A stretch of 64,000 bases of DNA from Candidatus Ozemobacteraceae bacterium (GTDB taxonomy: Bacteria > Muiribacteriota > Ozemobacteria > Ozemobacterales > Ozemobacteraceae), in contig OZ223236.1 of the NCBI GenBank assembly GCA_965140445.1, forward strand, positions 5,024,001 to 5,088,000, given 5' to 3'. The position numbers and the translations under genes were made by a program. This document shows positions 58,951-64,000 of this stretch, one piece after another; position 1 is the first letter of the stretch; every line of letters starts with the position of its first letter. The notes beneath the pieces were generated by a model that searched no databases, was not told the origin of the DNA, and saw only the letters and a list, made by a program, of their open reading frames with translations.

Positions 58951-59409
58951 TTAGACAAAATTAGCTATAGCTGCAAACGACAAAATCGAAACAAAAAGTC
59001 CCGTAATCACAAAAAATGAAATAAAAACCAGACTTAAAACGTTTAACCAGAAATATAACCTGGAAAGTTTTTCAGACTGAATTTTTGCTTGAGAAGGGTC
59101 TTCCTGGCAGAATCTGACATTCACTTTATCTCCCAAATTATAAATTGCTGGCCTGCATGCAATGGAATCTTCAACCTTCCACTTTTCCCCAGCAACTTCG
59201 AACTCTACCAGGGCGGAGAACAATGCCCCTCCTTTACCTGTTTTCTCCAAAACCTCAACCACAATACCACCAGTTTCTGCATTTAGTTTAGACGAGAAAA
59301 TCCCGATTTCATCAAATAATCTACTTCTCGCATAAACAAGAAAAGGGACAAAAACAAGCTCAAATAGCCCAATCCCAAAACAAATCCATAATTCAAAATC
59401 ATTTTTCAT
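58951..59409 (-). CDS. DUF3592-like membrane protein
   Basis: TM - beta domain (GDKVNVRF...DPSQA) - TM. Confidence 0.7.
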   Translation of the reverse strand: MKNDFELWICFGIGLFELVFVPFLVYARSRLFDEIGIFSSKLNAETGGIVVEVLEKTGKGGALFSALVEFEVAGEKWKVEDSIACRPAIYNLGDKVNVRFCQEDPSQAKIQSEKLSRLYFWLNVLSLVFISFFVITGLFVSILSFAAIANFV

Positions 59410-59426
59410 CTGGCCATTATAACAAT

Positions 59427-59459
59427 AAAAAAAGCGGCTGTCCTGATATGGACAACCGC
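59427..59459 (-). terminator. Rho-independent terminator after the clostripain gene
   Basis: GCGGUUGUCC-auauca-GGACAGCCGC plus U7 on the minus strand. Confidence 0.85.
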
Positions 59460-59479
59460 CTTAGAATACTAAGCTATAA

Positions 59480-62467
59480 CTAGAATAGACTTAACTGATG
59501 TCTTTCTGGATAAAGTTTATCTAAAATTTCACCCATAAACTTAATTCTAGCATTTGTATCTCCGATAGCTTCAAATCTAAATCCGAGATAAATACCTGAA
59601 TAGTTTTTGCCAGAAGATGAAGAATCGCTAATGTAAATACCAGCACCTCGTCCGTCTGGGGTTTCTACAAAAAGTTTTCCGGGAGCAACTGTTTTCATGA
59701 TTGTTATATCAGAAGCAGTTCTCGCTGATTCATCTCCATTGATAGCAAGTGTCAAATCAGATTTTCCTTTGCATACAAGGTCATCGAAATCTTTTTCATC
59801 ATCGATATAAGTAAATCTGAAATATTTCTTTAGAAGCTCTCTATGAACATTAGATTGTTCAAAAGACTGAGCAGCAATTAGCAAATCTCCGCCCTTGGAC
59901 ATATAATCCATAAGATCATCTGAGCTAGGTGAAAGCTGCCCCATACTGCTAGCAGAAACGCTGTCAGTAATTACAACACCCTTACCTGCAAATTTGCTGA
60001 GAATATTCTTAAATTTGAAACCAAACACTGAAGGATCCCAGAGAACCTGGAATTTGATGTTATTAGCTCTGAGCGCTTCAACCATCAAAGGCAAGGTCAT
60101 AGGGTCCTGAACCATCTGGCCGCAAAGCAGAACATCAGCTTTTCGGTTAAATTCTGGTGTTTTTTCCAAAAATTCGTCCCAGCAAGTATCTTTCGCAAAC
60201 TTCATTGCTTTGTAGTTAGTTCTGAAGTTATAAGCAGGAGTAAAGTAAACGGATAGTCCACGACTATCTCCCATTCCCTGGGTATGCCCTTCAATTACTA
60301 CAGGTGACTGCTCTGGGAATTTGGAAACAATCAAATATTCTTTCCCTTGTTTAGCAGAACGCTTATCAAGAGCTTTTCCATCCTGACGAATGATTTGATA
60401 ATTGATTTCATTTACAAAAACTCTTTTTTCCAAAGCTTCATCAACTACTGGCTGGAAAGGACCGATCTTGGTATAGTATCCGCCACCCTGAAGTTTTTTC
60501 AAAGGTGTCATTGCCAACCTTGATCTGAAAACTCTTGTTCCTGAAGGCCAAAGTTCTCTAGGAGGCATTCTCCATCCGTTGAAACCCCAGACAACAACGC
60601 CTGGTTTATCACTGGTGATTATTACTGGCTTGGAAAGTTTATCGTTACTTACCGGATAACCAATAGTTTCAACAATTTCCACACAAGTGTTTCTAATTTC
60701 TGATGGAATATCTGAAATTTTAGCAAATCTGATTGCCAGATCTGTAAGATCAACAAGTGATTCGTCGGAATATCTTCTAACTGCACCTATTGATGCGCCC
60801 TCATTAACCATCAAATCAGCATAAGCTTCATGATTATCAAGAAGTGCTCTACCAAGCTTATCAAACAATTTCACAAGCTTTGTAATTTTGCTCAAATCTA
60901 TAGCAGACTTAGTTACAGGCGAGCCTTGAACAACCTGATTGGTTGCAGAGCCACCTTTTGCATATGAATACACATATGTTCCTACCATGCGCTTTGACAA
61001 TTCCCTGGCACTCAATCCTGGGTTCTTAGCTAATGGAGCAAGGTAATCGGCATAAGGCATCCCCTCACCGGGTTCAGTTTCTTCTGAGGCGATCATGAAT
61101 TCGGTAGAATCCGCCAGCTCATAGGCAACTTCAATAGTTCCCATTAGACAAGCATCAAAATCAACTATTGCAAATTTCGAAGCCTTTTTATTAACTTTAT
61201 TGAGGACTTTTTGCCCTTCTCTTAATGCCCAGGCTACATCCTGAACGCGAATATATTCATTTGATTCTTCATCGTGAGCAATACCTGACCAGCCCATACC
61301 ATGGTTCCATACAACCACGGCAACATTATCAGCTGGATAAGTTTCAACGCCCCATTTCAAAAATTCAGCAAGAGTAACTTTATTCCCCATGTTCTGCTCA
61401 CCAAGGTTCATAACCATCTTGCTTGAAATTTTGCTCATCGTATTGTCTTTGGTTACGTAATAGCGACGAGTTCCAGTCCAGTTTCCATCAGAAATAGAAT
61501 CTCCCTTTCCACCTCTGAGACGATCGACCTGAACCACAATATTCAAATCTTTTGTGCTTCCAACCTGTTCCATTTCGTTGATGTCCTGAAGACCAAATCT
61601 TTCAAGATCATTGTCTGCACAAACATATACAAGGAAAGTCCATTTTTTTCTTCCCTGTTTTCCGGGGGCTGTAGGGTTAGCACCTTCAGTTTCAAAAGCC
61701 ACTGCGTGCTGTGCGTCATCATACCAATAAATTGGGAAATCTGTTGGAGATACGCCTTTATACATTTCTTCTACAGCTGCAAATCTATCTTTTTTAGAGT
61801 TTGCTTTCATTGTAGCTGCAATACCGGACCAATATTCTGCTAACTTCTGGTATGCCGCCTTTGTTTTTTCGGTTTTTGAATTAGCTGCCTGAAATTTTCT
61901 TCTGGATTCAATTTTTTTAACAAGGTCTGAATAAGCTAAATCCAGTGGAAATGGAGATTGTTTAAGGATTGCTGGTAAAATGCGGCTGATCGTAGGATTA
62001 TCTTTCATTTTATCAAAAGACTGATCCGTCAACTCTTCTGCTTTAGCAGCATAGTTCGCAAAAAATTCGGCTTTATAATCGCCACGAATATTGCTGATAA
62101 AATTGTTTTTTAACTGCTTGGAAAAATCTTTCAAAATCTCGCTTAAAAGAGGATCTGTGCGTTTGTCACCAATATACTCTAACGTGATTTTCCTTGTCCA
62201 GACTTCACGGAGCAAGGAAAGTCGTTCAATCAATTCCTGCTGATCTTTTTCAGAAACAGAGGATTTGGTAGTAGTCCGTTTGGTCGAAGAAGCCTTTTTG
62301 GCTCGTTTTGTTTTGGTAGTAGCCTTCTTGGTTGTCTTTTTAGCGCCAGTTGTTTTCTTTTTTACTGTCTTCTTTTTAGTGGAAGATGCTGCCGTTGCGG
62401 CCCAAGCTGAAGTTGCAACAAGCATGTGTAAAACAATTATCAAAACTGGCAACAAACGCTTTCTCAT
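59480..62467 (-). CDS. Secreted clostripain-family (C11) cysteine peptidase, multidomain
   Basis: KWTFLVYVCADNDLE, DINEME, WNHGMGW (His), FDACLMG (Cys), ASEETEPG, GLSVYF; signal peptide; AAGGAG RBS. Confidence 0.9.
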   Translation of the reverse strand: MRKRLLPVLIIVLHMLVATSAWAATAASSTKKKTVKKKTTGAKKTTKKATTKTKRAKKASSTKRTTTKSSVSEKDQQELIERLSLLREVWTRKITLEYIGDKRTDPLLSEILKDFSKQLKNNFISNIRGDYKAEFFANYAAKAEELTDQSFDKMKDNPTISRILPAILKQSPFPLDLAYSDLVKKIESRRKFQAANSKTEKTKAAYQKLAEYWSGIAATMKANSKKDRFAAVEEMYKGVSPTDFPIYWYDDAQHAVAFETEGANPTAPGKQGRKKWTFLVYVCADNDLERFGLQDINEMEQVGSTKDLNIVVQVDRLRGGKGDSISDGNWTGTRRYYVTKDNTMSKISSKMVMNLGEQNMGNKVTLAEFLKWGVETYPADNVAVVVWNHGMGWSGIAHDEESNEYIRVQDVAWALREGQKVLNKVNKKASKFAIVDFDACLMGTIEVAYELADSTEFMIASEETEPGEGMPYADYLAPLAKNPGLSARELSKRMVGTYVYSYAKGGSATNQVVQGSPVTKSAIDLSKITKLVKLFDKLGRALLDNHEAYADLMVNEGASIGAVRRYSDESLVDLTDLAIRFAKISDIPSEIRNTCVEIVETIGYPVSNDKLSKPVIITSDKPGVVVWGFNGWRMPPRELWPSGTRVFRSRLAMTPLKKLQGGGYYTKIGPFQPVVDEALEKRVFVNEINYQIIRQDGKALDKRSAKQGKEYLIVSKFPEQSPVVIEGHTQGMGDSRGLSVYFTPAYNFRTNYKAMKFAKDTCWDEFLEKTPEFNRKADVLLCGQMVQDPMTLPLMVEALRANNIKFQVLWDPSVFGFKFKNILSKFAGKGVVITDSVSASSMGQLSPSSDDLMDYMSKGGDLLIAAQSFEQSNVHRELLKKYFRFTYIDDEKDFDDLVCKGKSDLTLAINGDESARTASDITIMKTVAPGKLFVETPDGRGAGIYISDSSSSGKNYSGIYLGFRFEAIGDTNARIKFMGEILDKLYPERHQLSLF

Positions 62468-62694
62468 ATTCAGTTCTCCTTACAAATAGCGTTGGTTAAG
62501 CTGTACATTTTGGTTAATTATACTAACTTTTCCTTAACTTGTGAACAACGTAGAGAGAATAAAAAAAATTGAGTTTTTCCCTGGTCTGTTATAAATTCAT
62601 GGCTAGTGTATGTACCCAGTTGATTCTTAGGGGTTCACATATTTAATTTTTTCAGGTATAAACAATAAAAATAATTTTCATGGAGTAAAGATTG

Positions 62695-63852
62695 ATGAAT
62701 CTGGTTTACATTTCACCACATTATCCAGCACACTTTTCGCAGTTTATTGAATCCTTAGCTAAATATGGCATAAGAGTTTTTGGAATTACAGATGTTCCTG
62801 ATGAAGCGCTTGAGCCTAGAGTAAGAAATTCACTAGCAGGGCATTTTAAGGTTGAACGACTTGAAAATGAAAAACAAGTTCTGGATGCTTGCCACTATTT
62901 TAATCATCATCTGGGAAAAATTGACCGAGTTGAATCACATCTTGAACCATGGATTGAGCTAGAAGCCGCTGTTAGAAAAGAATTTGACGTAACCGGGCCC
63001 AAGCCGGATGATCTTCGCTTTATGAAACAGAAATCAATGATGAAAGAAGTTTTCAAAAAAGCCAAAATCCCTGTGGCTAAGGGTGTGATAGTTGAAGATA
63101 TTAAACAATGTAAAAAATTCATTAATAATAAATTTCCTGTCTTCATTAAACCTGACATTGGAGTAGGCGCGGATGATACTTACACCATACGATCAGAAAA
63201 AGATCTTGAAGATTTCTTTAAAGTAAAAAAAGATTACAAGTATTTCATGGAAGAATATGTTGATGGTGATATCGAATCTTTTGATGGCCTTACCGACAAG
63301 GAAGGAAACATTGTTTTCTTTACATCACACATTTTCAGCAATGATATTCACAATGTTGTAAAAAACAACGAAAACTGTTGGTATTACTCTGTTAGAAAAG
63401 TGCCAGCTGACCTTGAGAAATTTGGAAGAGCTACAGTCAAAGCAGCCAATATCAAAGAAAAATTCTTCCATATTGAATATTTTAGACTCGCAGACGGAAC
63501 ACTTAAAGCCCTTGAAATAAACATGAGACCTCCAGGAGGCCTTTCAACTCACATGTTCAACTTCGCTTGCGACATTGATGTTTATGACTGGTGGGCATCT
63601 ATGATGGCTGGCAACGATCCAAAAAGAGAATACGAAAGAAAATACCATTGTGCATTCATTGGCAGAAAACATAACCGAGGCTACGCAATTTCTCATGACG
63701 ATCTTTATGCAAAGTGGGGAGAGAAAATAGCACATAGCCAACCAATGAACCCATTCGAATATAAAGTAATGGGCCACTGGGGATATCTTGCCAGAAGCGA
63801 AAATGAAAAAGAAATGAAAGAAATCATCAACGATATTATCAGGGAGGCCTGA
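62695..63852 (+). CDS. ATP-grasp carboxylate-amine ligase family protein
   Basis: YISPHYP, KSMMKEVF, IKPDIGVGA, FFHIEYF, LEINMRPPG. Confidence 0.88.
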   Translation: MNLVYISPHYPAHFSQFIESLAKYGIRVFGITDVPDEALEPRVRNSLAGHFKVERLENEKQVLDACHYFNHHLGKIDRVESHLEPWIELEAAVRKEFDVTGPKPDDLRFMKQKSMMKEVFKKAKIPVAKGVIVEDIKQCKKFINNKFPVFIKPDIGVGADDTYTIRSEKDLEDFFKVKKDYKYFMEEYVDGDIESFDGLTDKEGNIVFFTSHIFSNDIHNVVKNNENCWYYSVRKVPADLEKFGRATVKAANIKEKFFHIEYFRLADGTLKALEINMRPPGGLSTHMFNFACDIDVYDWWASMMAGNDPKREYERKYHCAFIGRKHNRGYAISHDDLYAKWGEKIAHSQPMNPFEYKVMGHWGYLARSENEKEMKEIINDIIREA

Positions 63853-64000
63853 TGAAGCGCGAATACAGAAGCATTCCCAGTAAATCTCTGGGAAAACCTA
63901 TGGAAATGCTGGTTTACGGTGAAAGCGGCAAACCATTTCTTGTTTTCCCTTCACAGGAAGGACGATTCTTTGATTACGAAAACTTTGGAATGATAGACAT
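63852..64000 (+). CDS. Esterase family (alpha/beta hydrolase) protein, N-terminal part (runs off the window end)
   Basis: TGATG overlap; MKREYRSIPSKSLGKPMEMLVYGESGKPFLVFPSQEGRFFDYENFGMID, typical of esterases found next to this ATP-grasp family. Confidence 0.8.
   Translation, partial: MKREYRSIPSKSLGKPMEMLVYGESGKPFLVFPSQEGRFFDYENFGMID

Noticed and set aside
1..64000. CRISPR arrays, tRNA/rRNA, transposases, integrases, phage or defence genes
   Set aside because: None recognised by eye. The sirtuin is a typical zinc-binding CobB-type enzyme, not a defence SIR2. Short RNA genes could have been missed without a covariance search.

Overview
AT-rich bacterial chromosomal window with no recognisable rRNA, tRNA, CRISPR array, prophage or IS element. 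The gene content resembles Candidatus Riflebacteria-like genomes, but this is an impression and not demonstrated. The dominant feature is a ~18 kb tandem array of three ~2000-aa membrane proteins (2165-20255, minus strand). Each has two [4TM + 2 extracytoplasmic domains + HAMP + class III cyclase] halves. The catalytic residues are split between C1 (metal-binding Asp pair) and C2 (Lys/Thr/Asn/Arg), so these look like single-chain pseudo-heterodimeric adenylyl cyclases organised like mammalian M1-C1-M2-C2 enzymes. The rest of the window holds secreted hydrolases (gingipain-like C25, clostripain-like C11 with a CBM45-like insert, endonuclease I, NlpC/P60-like lipoprotein), two ECF sigma/anti-sigma modules coupled to pilin/pseudopilin-like genes, a CecR-YbhGFSR efflux operon with a palindromic operator, prfC, an NqrB-F/Rnf-like operon without NqrA/RnfC, and housekeeping genes. 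An intergenic locus after prfC contains an unannotated sigma28-type promoter, a 48-aa four-Cys peptide and a convergent candidate structured sRNA.
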